Source: a virus
Taxonomy: Duplodnaviria > Caudoviricetes
Direction: 5' to 3' (one strand)
DNA length: 25,659 nt
Virus record (IMG/VR): IMGVR_UViG_3300011439_000044
Coordinates: 1 to 25,659 of that record
Positions 25,407 to 25,659 of the stretch are shown here, one piece after another. Each line of letters opens with the position of its first letter. The first letter of the stretch is position 1. The position numbers were made by a program, and so were the translations under genes. The notes under the pieces are model-generated. The model worked only from the letters and a program-made list of their open reading frames with translations, ran no database searches and had not been told where the DNA came from.

Positions 25407-25659
25407 GTAGTTCTGCCTCCAATTCGGCAATTCTCTTGTGGTACTGCTCTACTTCTTCGCCCTTCTTGATATACCCACAAGTGTTAGCCAGGAGGTCAAA
25501 ACAGATATCGCAAAGAATGATAGCGTATAACGGCGTATCAAAATAATCGATATCTGTATCTAGGAACCATTCTCTTGGAGAAGAACTAGCCGCTCCGCAA
25601 CTTGCACAGGTTCCCGGCAGCCTAGTGGGGATTTGTTCGACTACGGGATTAGTAATCAC
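25144..25659 (-). CDS. Zinc-finger (CxxC...CxxC) plus coiled-coil protein, possibly 5'-truncated by the window
   Basis: CASC and CDIC motifs followed by a heptad segment YHKRIAELEAELHE; open to the window edge. Confidence 0.65.
   Translation of the reverse strand: MITNPVVEQIPTRLPGTCASCGAASSSPREWFLDTDIDYFDTPLYAIILCDICFDLLANTCGYIKKGEEVEQYHKRIAELEAELHEHRDASRAIDLLGFDSERINNLLADCADDVPQVDGNADESGPKKRARTRATSQSSGRKGEGLSESSDDEGMAIVRSTRDEPVRLNL

Overview
This 25.7-kb window is part of a tailed dsDNA phage genome with two convergent arms. The host is probably actinobacterial, based on a WhiB regulator and an actinophage-type resolvase. The + arm (1-10112) carries an HNH nuclease, a promoter-driven 262-aa acidic-tailed protein and a ~600-nt non-coding structured block. 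These are followed by small hypotheticals, a secreted protein and a recombination/replication module (PD-(D/E)XK exonuclease, Sak4-like ATPase, DUF669-like SSB, RepB-type primase-helicase, family A DNA polymerase, RuvC-like resolvase). The - arm (25659-9739) is a podovirus-style morphogenesis module: portal, scaffold, major capsid, small basic proteins, adaptor, nozzle, fibre, three putative ejection proteins, then WhiB. The strongest unexplained signals are: (1) an ~80-nt RNA resembling the tRNA-like domain of tmRNA without its mRNA part; (2) an adjacent ~420-nt densely base-paired unassigned RNA; (3) a shared RA[AI]G[KR]RL peptide motif in four otherwise unrelated small basic late proteins, a candidate capsid-cargo tag; (4) two long gene overlaps. 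All family calls are by motif recognition only; no searches were run.
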